Part shown: piece by piece, positions 24,494 to 36,189 of the stretch | Position numbering within the stretch: the stretch's first letter is position 1 | Layout: each line of letters starts with the position of its first letter | Assembly (NCBI GenBank): GCA_030390025.1 | Contig: CM059432.1 | Location: 95,916,001-95,980,000, forward strand | DNA: 64,000 nucleotides | Direction: 5' to 3' | Source of the DNA: Squalus acanthias | Taxonomy: Eukaryota | Notes under the pieces: generated by a model | Database searches by the model: none | What the model was told of the DNA's origin: nothing | What the model saw: only the letters and a program-made list of their open reading frames with translations | Translations under genes and position numbers: made by a program

Positions 24494-27400
24494 TGTGGCG
24501 GATCGCCACCTAAACGGGCATAACCCACTTTTCCGTCTGTGGACAATATATCGGTGAACCTTCCCTTTAAGGCACATTACCTTTAAGACAGGAGTGGGCG
24601 GGGCTTCAGGGTTTTTCCAGAGAATTCTGGGAGCAGCTTTCTCAGCCATTTTGTGTGCCATGCAGTGAATTAAAGTTTCTTACTTTCCACATATGGATTC
24701 AGCCTCCATTCGTGTTTCGCGGCAGCCTCAACATTGGTGACCCCGATGCTCAGAACGTATTCCGAGCACTGCAATGGCGGACACGAACGCAGCTTCCGTG
24801 AAACTGCCGGAGTTTTGGGAAAACCAGCCCGAAGCCTGGTTTCTCCAAGCTGAATCTCGCTTCCGGCTGCGAAATATCACCACAGATGGGACGAAGTACG
24901 ACTATCTCGTCACATCACTCAGTAGCGCCGCAGTTTCCAAGGTTTGGACAACGCTGCAGAACCCACCAGAGGAAGGCAAGTACGCACATCTCAGGACAGC
25001 GCTCCTTAAAAAAATTACGGCCTCGGCATATCAGCGAAACTGCCACCTCCTCGACCTTCCAGGCCTCGGTGATGCCTCACCGTCAGACCTCCTCTCCCAC
25101 ATGCTCTCCCTCACCGACGAGAGCCCACCCGGATCGCTCTTCCGCACGCTGTTCATCCGCCAGCTCCCTCTCAGCATCCGCCCAGCGATCGTGGCGCCGG
25201 CCTCACGAACCTGGAAGCCCTGGCCGATGAGGCCGACAAGCTGCTGTCCGCTCACTCCAGCCGCGACGTCACGGGCGCGCCTGGCAGCCAATGCCTGGGC
25301 GCGCCCCTCACCATCCAGCACGCGGCCACAAGGGCCTGTCACCAGGCCCACGGGGCCTTCACGCCCCACTAACCCGGGCCACTGTTATTACCACGCACGG
25401 TTCGGCGCCAGGGCACAAAGGTGCACACCTCCCTGCTCTTTCAAGTCTGCCCCCGTACCAGCCCCCGCGATGGCTGTGGGCCACGCGGGCTCCCTGCTGT
25501 TCGTTACGGATGACAAAACCGTCCGCCGGTTCCTGTGCGACACTGGAGCTCAGCACAGCATCATCCCGGCCTCCTCCCTCGACATCCAAAAGGGCAAACG
25601 AGGACCGGCGCTGGCTGCTGCTAACGGCTCGGAAATCCGGATGTATGGCACCCGGACAGTCACCCTCGACCTCGCTGGTCGCCGCTACCGATGGGAGTTC
25701 ATCACTGCCAAGGTGCTCTCCCCTCTCATCGGCGTGGATTTCCTGTGCACCCACGGCCTACTGGTAGACATCCCCCGTCACCGCCTCATGGACATGAACA
25801 CCATGTCCCCCATCCTGGGCGCCATGGCCCCCCGTCAACCCGCCGACATGGCGTCACAGTGCCACGCCCGGGCCACGGATGACTACTCGGCACTCCTGGC
25901 CGAATTCCCGGCCCTTACCAATCCGACCTTCTCTGCGGAGGCCGCCAAACACGGGGTGGAACACTTCATCCCCACCACAGGCCCCCCAGTGTACGCCCAC
26001 ACCCGCAGGCTGGACCCGGCCAAACTGGAGATCGCGCGGACCGAGTTTGCCACCATGGAACAGCTCGGCATCATCCGCCGCTCCAACAGTCCCTGGGCCT
26101 CCCCACTCCACATCGCCCCCAAACCAGGCAGAGGTTGGCGCCCTTGCGGGGATTACCGCCGCCTCAATGACGCCACCACCCCTGATCGGTACCCCGTGCC
26201 GCACATTCAGGACTTCTCGGCTAGACTGGCCGGCCGCTCAGTCTTTTCCAAGGTCGACCTGGTGCGCGGCTACCACCAAGTCCCCGTCCACCCCGCGGAC
26301 ATCCCCAAGTCGGCCGTAATCACCCCCTTCGGCCTGTTTGAGTTTCTGCGGATGCCCTTCGGCCTCAAAAACGCGGCCCAGGCATTCCAACAGCTCATGG
26401 ACTCGGTCCTTCGAGACCTGAAGTTCCTGTTCGTCTACCTGGACGACATCCTGGTAGCCAGTTCCTCCAAGCAGGAACACCTCGAACACCTCTGCATCCT
26501 GTTCGGGCGCCTCAGCGACCATGGGCTCATCCTCAGCCCAGCCAAATGCCAGTTCGGCCTGGACAAGATCGACTTCCTCGGCCACCACATCACCCATGCT
26601 GGGGCCATTCCCCTGCCCACCAAGGTGCAGGCCGTCCAACAATTTCACCGCCCCACCACCATCAAAGGCCTCCAGGATTTCCTCGGGACGGTGAACTTCT
26701 ATAACCGCTTCATCCCCAAAGCGGCGTCCCTCATGAGGCCCCTGTATGAAACCCTCCGGGGCAGGAGTGGCAAGATGGCAGTCGAATGGACGGCAGACGC
26801 GTCAGCTGCCTTCGATTCCACCAAGACCGCGCTCGACAACACCACCCTGCTCGCGCACCCACGGCCCAATGCCAGTGTAGCACTCACCACGGACGCCTCC
26901 GACCACGCGGTCGGCGCCGTGTATGAACAGTGGGTCGACGGCGCCTGGCAACCAGTTGCCTTCTTCAGCCGCCAACTACGCCCCCCGGAGGTCAAGTACA
27001 GCACCTTCGACCGCGAGCTCCTCGCGTTGTTCCTGGCAGTCCACCATTTCCGGATTTTGCTTGAGGGCCACCCCTTCGCTGCGTTTGTCGACCACAAACC
27101 CCTGACATTCGCAATGGCAAAGACAACCGACCCCTGGTCCGCCAGGCAGCAGCGCCAGCTCGCGGCAGTGTCCGAGTTCACCACGGACATCCAACACGTC
27201 TCCGGCCGAGACAATGTGGTAGCCGACTGCCTCTCCCGCCCCACCATCCACGCCGCACACCTAGCAGTCGACTACGCTCAACTCGCAGCAGACCAGATCA
27301 CTGACCCTGATCTGCTCTCCGCACCCACCAACCTACCAGGGCTACGCCTGGCCATCGTCGCCTGTGGCCCGACCGCAGTCACGGTCAAGTGCAACATATC

Positions 27401-28845
27401 CCTATGTCAACCTCGGCCCGTCGTCCCAGCTTCCTGGCGCCGCCGGGTATTCGACATTCTCCACAACCTCTCCCACCCCGACGCCCGCACATCCATCAAA
27501 TTTGTAGACAACCGCTTCATCTGGCGCGGCCTTCACATGGATGTGCGTACTTGGGCCAACTCCTGGCTAGCCTGCCAACGGGCCAAGGTACAGCAACACA
27601 CGAAAGCACCCCTCGAGGAGTTTACCGTCCCCTCGCGGAGATTCGACCACATCCACGTGGACATCGTCGGGCCCCTGCCGCTGTCGCAAGGCCACACGCA
27701 CTTGCTGACCATCATTGACCGCACCACACGCTGGCCTGATGCAATTCCACTGACCTCTACCACCACCGCCGACATCGCCAGAGCCTTCGTCAGCAGCTGG
27801 GTCGCACGGTTCGGCGTCCCCTCCGACATGACGTCGGACAGAGGTCCGCAATTTACCTCTGAACTCTGGACCGCCGTTGCACGCAATCTCGGGGTGACCA
27901 TTCACCGCACCACAGCATACCACCCCCAAGCCAACGGACTGTGTGAGCGGTTCCACAGATCCTTGAAGGCATCTCTTCGAGCCAGCCTCCAAGACGGCGC
28001 CTGGACCGACCGACTTCCGTGGGTCCTCCTCGGCCTGTGCACCGCGGTTAAAGAAGACCTCCACGCATCGGCAGCAGAGCTCGTGTACGGTCAGCCGCTG
28101 CGCGTACCCGGTGAGTTCCTGCCCACCGCCACGACACCCTGGTCAGCCGACCAGCAACGCCACGACTTCGCCTCACCGGCGCTGCAGTTCGCCCCGGTGC
28201 CCATTGCTCGACACGGCGAATCCACCTCACACGTCCCACTAAGCCTGCACCAGGCACGGTTTGTTTTCGTCCGGCACGACGCCCACAGCGGACCCCTTCA
28301 ACCCCCGTACAACGGGCCCTACAAGGTGCTACAGGCTGGGGACAAATTTTTCACCCTGCTAGTGGGCGACAGGACCGAAAAAGTGTCGGTTGACCGTCTC
28401 AAGCCAGCACACTCGGAGCCCGGTGAGCAGGTCCCTGTAGCTCGTCCACCTCCACGCGGCCGACCTGCCCTCAAGCCGGTTCACCCAGCTGCTCCACGCC
28501 CACCGTTCCACGTCCACCGGCGTCCTACAAGAGCCGCTCCGGCCGGCCCATCAGACCGCCGCACCGTCTCGTCCACACCTCATAAGCGGATTCTGGGGGG
28601 AGCTGTGTGGCGGATCGCCACCTAAACGGGCATAACCCACTTTTCCGTCTGTGGACAATATATCGGTGAACCTTCCCTTTAAGGCACCTTACCTTTAAGA
28701 CAGGAGTGGGCGGGGCTTCAGGGTTTTTCCAGAGAAATCTGGGAGCAGCTTTCTCAGCCATTTTGTGTGCCATGCAGTGAATTAAAGTTTCTTGTTGTCC
28801 ACATATGGATTCAGCCTCCATTCGTGTTTTGCGGCAGCCTCAACA
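24494..28845 (+). mobile_element. Full-length Gypsy LTR retrotransposon, CsRn1 lineage, copy 2
   Basis: LTRs 24494-24733 and 28606-28845 (6 differences in 240 bp by eye); TSD ACAA; PBS at 24735; PPT at 28595-28605. Confidence 0.97.
24774..28625 (+). CDS. Single-ORF gag-pol polyprotein, 1283 aa (open, but with a compensated frameshift in gag and a C-terminal frameshift)
   Basis: Domain order gag(CHCC)-PR(DTG)-RT(YLDD)-RNase H-IN(HHCC, DDE, GPY), as in Ty3/Gypsy. Confidence 0.9.
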   Translation: MADTNAASVKLPEFWENQPEAWFLQAESRFRLRNITTDGTKYDYLVTSLSSAAVSKVWTTLQNPPEEGKYAHLRTALLKKITASAYQRNCHLLDLPGLGDASPSDLLSHMLSLTDESPPGSLFRTLFIRQLPLSIRPAIVAPASRTWKPWPMRPTSCCPLTPAATSRARLAANAWARPSPSSTRPQGPVTRPTGPSRPTNPGHCYYHARFGARAQRCTPPCSFKSAPVPAPAMAVGHAGSLLFVTDDKTVRRFLCDTGAQHSIIPASSLDIQKGKRGPALAAANGSEIRMYGTRTVTLDLAGRRYRWEFITAKVLSPLIGVDFLCTHGLLVDIPRHRLMDMNTMSPILGAMAPRQPADMASQCHARATDDYSALLAEFPALTNPTFSAEAAKHGVEHFIPTTGPPVYAHTRRLDPAKLEIARTEFATMEQLGIIRRSNSPWASPLHIAPKPGRGWRPCGDYRRLNDATTPDRYPVPHIQDFSARLAGRSVFSKVDLVRGYHQVPVHPADIPKSAVITPFGLFEFLRMPFGLKNAAQAFQQLMDSVLRDLKFLFVYLDDILVASSSKQEHLEHLCILFGRLSDHGLILSPAKCQFGLDKIDFLGHHITHAGAIPLPTKVQAVQQFHRPTTIKGLQDFLGTVNFYNRFIPKAASLMRPLYETLRGRSGKMAVEWTADASAAFDSTKTALDNTTLLAHPRPNASVALTTDASDHAVGAVYEQWVDGAWQPVAFFSRQLRPPEVKYSTFDRELLALFLAVHHFRILLEGHPFAAFVDHKPLTFAMAKTTDPWSARQQRQLAAVSEFTTDIQHVSGRDNVVADCLSRPTIHAAHLAVDYAQLAADQITDPDLLSAPTNLPGLRLAIVACGPTAVTVKCNISLCQPRPVVPASWRRRVFDILHNLSHPDARTSIKFVDNRFIWRGLHMDVRTWANSWLACQRAKVQQHTKAPLEEFTVPSRRFDHIHVDIVGPLPLSQGHTHLLTIIDRTTRWPDAIPLTSTTTADIARAFVSSWVARFGVPSDMTSDRGPQFTSELWTAVARNLGVTIHRTTAYHPQANGLCERFHRSLKASLRASLQDGAWTDRLPWVLLGLCTAVKEDLHASAAELVYGQPLRVPGEFLPTATTPWSADQQRHDFASPALQFAPVPIARHGESTSHVPLSLHQARFVFVRHDAHSGPLQPPYNGPYKVLQAGDKFFTLLVGDRTEKVSVDRLKPAHSEPGEQVPVARPPPRGRPALKPVHPAAPRPPFHVHRRPTRAAPAGPSDRRTVSSTPHKRILGGAVWRIAT

Positions 28846-28859
28846 ACAATATATAGAAA

Positions 28860-29770
28860 CTAATACAAAAGCAAAATACTGCGGATGTTGGAAATCTGAA
28901 ATAAAAACAGAAAATGCTGGAAATACTCAGCAGGTCAGGCAGCATCTGTAGAGAGAGAAACAGAGTTAATGGGCCAGAAATTCGGGTCTCCACGGGTGAG
29001 TACGCGCTGGGTACTCACCCGTAGACCCAACGAAAGTGCCGGTTTCGCGCATGCACTGCGCATGCGCTGGAAACCGGAACTTCCGTTCCCCTGAAGGAAG
29101 GGGTTCAGAGGTCGAACATGTGCACCGGAGAGGCAGTGCGCACGCAGTGAACTTCGTTTTTTTTTTCAGGTTTCTCCGTGAGGGTAAATATGGAGCAGCT
29201 GCGCGGGGAAAAAGGAGGCGCAAGGCCTGCTTTTAACAAGGTAAGTGGTGAATTAAGTACAATTTAAACATTTTTTCAACAGGTTTATCTTTTTTACATA
29301 CTTTAAAGAAAGGTAAGTTTATTTTTAGCACCGTTAAAAAGTATAATTAATTTTTTCAAAAATTAAATTTTTTGTTTAAAGTAGTTAATTTATGTAATTT
29401 ATAGTTATTTTAAAAATGTGATGTGTTTTTTTTTAAATTTATTTGAAGTTTTAGTGAGGTTTTGGGGCCAATCTCTATTCATAGATTTGACAGGTCTTCC
29501 TGTCAAATCTATGAATGAAGATTCCCTGCTCCGATTGGCTCTCCATGGCCCACGTGATCCCAGGGGACGCTTCGAACTAACTGTGCCCCTGGGATACGTG
29601 AGCACTGCGCGCCGGCAGCTGTAGGAGGCCCAGGACCTGAATTCCACGCGGGCCTGAAGCACAACGGCAGGCGCGGTATGTAAGTACGCGCGCGATCCTT
29701 GCACCCGCGGGAAGCTGGAGAGCCGAATTTCTGGCCCAACGTTTCAGGTCGATGACCCTCATTAAAGGAA
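28860..29770 (-). mobile_element. Penelope-like terminal repeat with a decayed hammerhead core, split by the MITE (28860-28970 and 29738-29770)
   Basis: AAATACTGCGGATGTTGGAAATCTGAAATAAAAACAGAAAATGCTGGAAATACTCAGCAGG...GAGTTAA|CGTTTCAGGTCGATGACCCTCAT. The - strand reads TTAATGA-GGGTC-ATC-GACCT-GAAAC. Confidence 0.65.
28971..29737. mobile_element. Non-autonomous Harbinger-type MITE, copy B (767 bp)
   Basis: 22-bp TIR GGGCCAGAAATTCGG(G/C)TCTCCA; 3-bp TSD AAT/AAC (one mismatch, at a CpG position). Confidence 0.9.
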
Positions 29771-29832
29771 CTCATGCAAATGGAAGCCAGGGTCCTCTCC
29801 TCTCCATTTGATCCAGAACTCAACATCATTGT

Positions 29833-30955
29833 TGCCACATAATAAGCGTGTTAGCAAAATGATAGCTCATGGGATTAAAGGGACAGTGGCAGCATGGATA
29901 AAAGATTGGCTCGGGGACGGAGCGCTGTGAGTAGTGGTGAACTGCTGTTTTTCAGACTGGATGGAAGTATGCAGTGGTGTTCCCCAGGGGTCAGTATTAG
30001 GACCACTGCTCTTTTTAATATATATAAATGACCTGGACTTGGGTATACAAGGCATAATTTCAAAGTTTAAAGATGACACGAAACTCAGAAATGCAGTAAA
30101 CAGTGAGGAGGATAGTAACAGGCTTCAGGAGGACATAGACAGACTGGTGAAATGGGCAGACACATGGCTGATGAAATTTAATGCAGAGAAGTATGAAGTG
30201 ATACATTTTGGTCGGAAGAATGAGGAGAGTCAGTATGAACTAAATGGTACAATTTTAAAGGGGGTGAAGGAACAGAGAGCCCTCGGGGTGCATGTACACA
30301 AATCTTTGAAGGTGGCAGGGCAAATTAAGAAGGCTGTTCAAAAAGCATATGGAATCCTTGGCTTTGTTAACAGAGGAATAGAGTACAAAAGCAAGGAAAT
30401 TATGCTAATCCTTTAATAAAACACTGTTATTGTGTTCAATTCTGGGCACCACACTGTAGGAAAGATATCAAGGCCTTAGAGACGGTGCAGAAGAGGTTTA
30501 GTGGAATGGTATCAGGGATGAGGGACTTCAATTATGTTGAGATACTGGAGAAGCTGGGGTTGTTCTCCTTGGAGCAGAGTAGGTTAAGGGGAGATTTGCT
30601 AGCGGTGTTCAAAATCATGAATGGTTTTGATAGAGTAAATAAGGAGAAACTTTTTCCAGTGGCAGAAGGGTTGGTCACCAGAGGACACAGATTTAAGTTG
30701 ATTGGCAAAAGAACCTGAGGCAACATTAGGAAACATTTTTTTACACAGTGAATTGTTGTGATCTGGAATGCACTGCCTGAAAGAGTGGTGGAAGCAGATT
30801 CAAGAGTAACATTCAAAAGAAAATTGGATAAATACTTGAAGGGAAAACATTTACAGGGCTATGGGGAAATAGGATTAATTGGATAACTCTACCAAAGAGC
30901 CGGCACAGGCACGATGGGCGGAATGAAATCCTTCTGTGCTGTATCATTCTATGAA
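29833..30955 (+). mobile_element. CR1 LINE 3' fragment
   Basis: [37 protein letters not shown]1 3' UTR. Confidence 0.9.
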
Positions 30956-31185
30956 CATCTGTATGAAATGGGCACACATGCAAACTCATTTTCTGGGCTT
31001 CAGCAGTAAGTTTCTAAGTGTACATAGCTGATTTCTTATGGAGTCTGAGCTACTATTATTTTTGCCCTGTTTGTTTGCTTTTTGCAATTAGCTTGGTACA
31101 GTTAGTTTTTGTTGCATTTATAAAATTATAATTTAGCATTTTTTTTTTCTCAGCTTTTTTTCACCTCCTCTGATTCAAGAGGGTT

Positions 31186-31243
31186 TCACTGTCACAGTGC
31201 AATCTTCTTTACATTGGGGAGACTAATTGCAGAATAGATGACA
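31186..31243 (+). repeat. Tiny Penelope GIY-YIG endonuclease remnant
   Basis: Translates to SQCNLLYIGETNCRIDD, similar to the Penelope C..C..LYIGET.R motif. Confidence 0.45.
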
Positions 31244-31936
31244 TTTATGGTTCTTTGAAATTACCACTTTGTTTTCCAGGATCAGTCATTAGCAGTAGAA
31301 TAATATTTATATTTTTATACATAATTATATTTTTAACTATTTATCAGGAATCTACTCATCCCCGTTGACCTTATTGCTGCTCCCTGACACCAGAGTGTCA
31401 GAAAATCTTCCCTGATTCGAGTTGGGAGAACTTGGCTTTAGGTTAAGATTGGGGGAGGTATTAGGGCTAGGTTTGGGCTGAGGGCAACGGTTTGGTTGAG
31501 GGTTAAGGTTAATCTGGGGTAAGGTGTTGGCTTAGGCTTAGAAACAGTTTGTTTTTATTGAAGGGGAGTGCTTATTTAGATGGGGAATAGTGTAATGAAA
31601 GGATTCACTAGAACCGGGGAGAGGAAATCTGTTAGAGAAGCCAATATATTTAATGAAATGCATATTGCACCCCACTGGACTTGCTGATCTTCTCAACTGC
31701 TGGTCATGTTGCTGCTGCTGTTTGGGGTCAAAATGTTGCAGGAATGTTGTCAAAATTTGTGGCCATAGTCACACCTTTGCAGGAATGGGTACAGAGGAAT
31801 ACCAGCAATGGACTGGGGAGGGAGGAGTGAGTATCCATTGCTAATAAATTCCCCATTAACCATATTGGGTTAAGTCTGCCAGTAGTAATAAAAAAACTGC
31901 AGAAACTGGAAACAAAACACTCAGCAGGTCAGGCAG

Positions 31937-34880
31937 GTTCAAATCGCACCACGGCAGCTGGAGAATTAAATAAATCTGAAATAAAAAAGCTAGTATCAGT
32001 AATGGTGACCATGAAACTATCGGATTGTTGTAAAAACCCATCTGGTTCACTAATGTCCTTTAGGGAAGAAAATCTGCTGACCTTACCTGGTCTGGCCTAT
32101 ATGTGACTCCAGACCCACAGCAATGTGGTTGACTCTTAACTGCCCTCTGAAATGGCCTAGCAAGCCACTCAGTTGTAACTAACCGCTACGAAACAAAATA
32201 ATAAAAATGAAACCGGACGGACTATTTACAATCTATATTAATGACTTGGATGAAGGGACCGAGTGTAATGTAGCCAAATTTGCTGATGATACAAAGATAG
32301 GTGGGAAAGCGAATTGTGTGGAGGACGCAAAGAATCTCCAAAGGGATATAGCTAGGCTAAGTGAGTGGGCAAAAATCTGGCAGATGGAGTATAATGTGGG
32401 AAAATGCGAGGTTATCCACTTTGGTAGGAAAAATAAAAAAGCAAATTATTATTTAAATGGGGAGGGACTACAAAATACTGTGGTACAGAGGGATCTGGGG
32501 GTCCTTGTACATGAATCACAAAAAGTTAGCATGCAGGTATAGCAAGTAATTAGGAAGGCAAATGGAATGTTGGCCTTTATTGCAAAGGGAATGGAATATA
32601 AAAGTAGGGAAGTCCTGTTACAACTGTACAGGGCGTTGGAGAGGCCACACCTGAAGTACTGCATACAGTTTTGGTCTCCTTATTTAAGGAAGGATATACT
32701 TGCATTGGAGGCAGTTCAGAGAAGGTTCACGAGGTTGATTCCGGAGATGAAGGGGTTGTCTTATGAAGAAAGGTTGAGCAGGTTGGGCCTATACTCTTTG
32801 GCGTTTAGAAGAATGAGAGGTGATCTTATTGAAACGTATAAGATTCTGAGGGGGCTTGACAGGGTAGATGCGGAGAGGATGTTTCCCCTCGTGGGGCGAA
32901 TCTAGAACTCGGGGGCATAATTTTAGAATAAGGGGGCACCAATTTAAAATGGAAATGAGGAGGAATTTCTTCTCTCAGAGGGTCGTGAATCTTTGGAATT
33001 CGCTTCCCCAGAGAGCTGTGGAGGCTGGGTCATTGAATATATTTAAGGTGGAGATAGACAGATTTTTGAATGGTAAGGGAGTGAAGGGTTATGGGGAGTG
33101 GGCAGGGAAGTGGAGTTGAGGCCAAGATCAGATCAGCCATGATCTTATTGAATGGCGGAGCAGGCTCGCGGGGCCAAATGACCTACTCCTGCTCCTACGT
33201 CTTATGTTCTTATGGACCACCTGGCATTGACCTCCGCACCAGCTACGGACATGGCAACAGCACACCCAGCCCAGTCAACCCTGCAAAGTCCTCCTCACCA
33301 ACATCTGGGGACTTGTGCCAAAATTGGGAGAGCTGTCCCACAGACTAGTCAAGCAAGAGCCTGACATAGTCATACTCACAGAATCATACCTTTCAGCCAA
33401 TGTCCCAAACTCCTCCATCACCATCCCTGGATATGTTCTGTCCCACCGGCAGGACAGACCCACCAGGGGTGGCGGCACAGTGTTATACAGTCGGGAAGGA
33501 GTGGCCCTGGGAGTCCTCAACATTGACTCCGGACCCCATGAAGTCTCATGGCTTAAGGTCAAACATGGGCAAGGAAACCTCCTGCTGATTACCACCGACC
33601 GCCCTTCCTCAGCTGATGAATCAGTACTCCGCCATGTTGAACACCACTTGGAAGAAGCGCTGAGAGTAGCAAGGGCACAGATTGTACTCTGGGTGGGAGA
33701 CTTCAATGTCCATCACCAAGATTGGCTCAGTAGCACCACTACTGACCGAGCTGGCAGAGTCCTGAAGGACATAACTGCCAGTCTGGGCCTGCGACAGGTG
33801 GTGAGAGAACCAATACGAGGGAAAAACCTACTTGACCTTGTCCTCACCAATCTATCTGTCGCAGATGCATCTGTCCATGACAGTATTGGTAGCAGTGACC
33901 ACCGCACAGTTATTGTGGAGACGAAGTCCCGTCTTCACACTGAGGACACCCTCCATCCTGTTGTGTGGCACTACCACCATGCTAAATGGGATAGATTCAG
34001 AACAGATCTAGCAGCTCAAAACTGGGCATCCATGAGGCGCTGTGGGCCATCAGCAGCAGCAGAATTGTATTCCACCACAATCTGTAACCTCATGGCCCTG
34101 CATATTCCTCACTCTACCATTACCATCAAGCCAGAGGACCAAGCCAGAGGACCAACCCTGGTTAAATAAGGAGTGTAGAAGAGCATGCCAGGAGCAGCAC
34201 CAGGCGTACCAAAAAATGAGGTGCCAACCTGGGGAAGCTGCAACACAGGACTACATGCATGCTAAAAAGCGGAAGCAGCACGCTATTGACAGGGCTAAGC
34301 GATCCCACAATCAACGATCAGATCAAAGCTCTGCAGTCCTGCCACATCTAGTCATGAATGGTCGTGGACCATTAAACAACTAACGGAGGAGGCGGCTCCA
34401 TGAATATCCTCATCCTCAATGATGGTGGAGCCCAGCATGTGAGTGCAAAAGACAAGGCTGAAGCATTTGCAACCATCTTCAGCCAGAAGTGCCGAGTGGA
34501 TGATCCATATCGGCCTCCTCCTGAGGTCCCCACCATCACAGAAGCCAGTCTTCAGAAAATTCGATTCACTCCACATGATATCAAGAAACAGCTGAGAGCA
34601 GTGGATACAGCAAAGGCTATGGGCCCCAACAACATCCCGGCTATCGTGCTGAAGACTTGTGCTCCAGAACTAGCCGCGCCTCTAGCCAAGCTATTCCAGT
34701 ACAGCTACAACACTGGCATCAATCCGACAATGTGGAAAACTGCCCAGGTATGTCCTGTCCACAAAGAAAAGCAGGACAAATCCAATCTGGCCAATTACCG
34801 CCCCATCAGTCTACTCTCAATCATCAGCCAAGTGATGGAAGGTGTCATCGACAGTGCTATCAAGCGGCACTTACTCACCA
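31937..34880 (+). mobile_element. CR1/Jockey-group LINE, 5' part: SINE-like leader, AP endonuclease and start of RT; 3'-truncated by Harbinger
   Basis: GGTTCAAATC B-box-like motif at 31936. ORF with DIVILTESYL, GGGTV, VGDFNVH, LDLVL and SDH, then RT KAMGPNNIP and NYRPISLLS. Confidence 0.85.
32223..33213 (+). mobile_element. CR1 LINE 3' fragment inserted in the leader of the LINE above
   Basis: [18 protein letters not shown]; tail CTTATGTTCTTAT; GGAC on both flanks. Confidence 0.9.
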
Positions 34881-36189
34881 TAGGGGCTAGAAATTCGTTA
34901 TAGCCAAGGAATGGGCAGTATCAGTAGAAAAGTTGGAGAATTAGTGCCAGGCGCAAATGCTTTAGACTGCACGCATAATTAGTCCTCACTGCTCAATAAA
35001 ATGATTGGAGTCCTAAACCAAATCTTAAAATCCAAGCTCATTGGCGTTAGACTTAAAGGGTGGATCAATATCAGGTGCAGTCTAATTACAAGTCATCATT
35101 GCCACAGGCTTTTTTCACTACTTAAAGGGGAGGTTCATTGATGCTGCAGCACCTCATTCTCAGCATTGCTGGCTGTGCAGCTGCCTCAGCAAGCAGAAGC
35201 AGAACAAGGAGAAGGAGCCAGAGGACTGAACCAGGTGTGCTCATGGCAGGTCCACGCCCTAGGGAGAGAGCCCACAGATTCTCTGATGAAGCATTGGAGG
35301 TATTGGTGACGAGACAGAGGGCGGTGCTCTACCCAGCAAGTGGCAGGAGGCCCTCGCCACAAGTCTTCCACACCATGTGGTGGGTGGTACCGCAGCACGT
35401 CTCAGGCAGCACTGTGGTCCCCAGGACTGACACACAGTGCAGGAAGCAATTTAACGACCTCACTTGGGTGGTCAGGGTGAGTGAATGCTTCAACAAATGC
35501 TACATACCACCATCTGAACCACAGTCTGCACACACTGCCCAAAGCACCACACCCCACCACTCACCCATCAACAATCTCTACCTAGCAACACTCTCACCCA
35601 CATCTTACACCTTGCACACAATGACAGCTATTCAACTATGGCAGGCACAAGGGTCACTAGTTATTAGAATTCATGTGATATGTGTGATGTGTTTATAGAT
35701 ACATTTATTAATGGTCTCTGGAATATTTTGTGATCTCTCTCATTTCACCTTTGCGCCCATGAGACAGGAATTACATGATGGCGATGTGGTGAGCTATGGG
35801 GATCTGGGATTTCATTCATGTGAATCAGAGTCTGATGAGCTGGTCACGGACAGCCCGTCCAGAAGGCAGATTGTCTCCCTCCCTCCTGTTCCTCTTCCTC
35901 CTCGTCCTCTTCCTCCTTGTCCTCCTCCTCATCCTCTTTCTCCTCTGCCTCATCCTCCTCCTGAGGTGGTCCCGCAATCTCTGCTGGAAAGGGCTGTGCC
36001 CTCATGATGGCCAAGTTGTGGAGCATGCAGCAGACCACCAGGAAATGGGACACCCACTCTGGTGAGTACTGGAGGGCTCCTCCTGAGTGGTCAAGGCAGC
36101 AGAACCGTTGCTTCAGTAGCCCAATTGTCTGCTTGATGATGTTCCTGGTGGCAGCATGGCTCTCATTATATGAGTGCTGGGCATGAGTG

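Noticed and set aside
19209..28257. Many overlapping and antisense ORFs in the Gypsy elements
   Set aside because: Expected shadow ORFs of GC-rich coding DNA; they recur only because the copies are near-identical.
31436..31542. Interstitial telomeric repeat
   Set aside because: Only loosely TTAGGG-like (about one exact unit); too degenerate to call.
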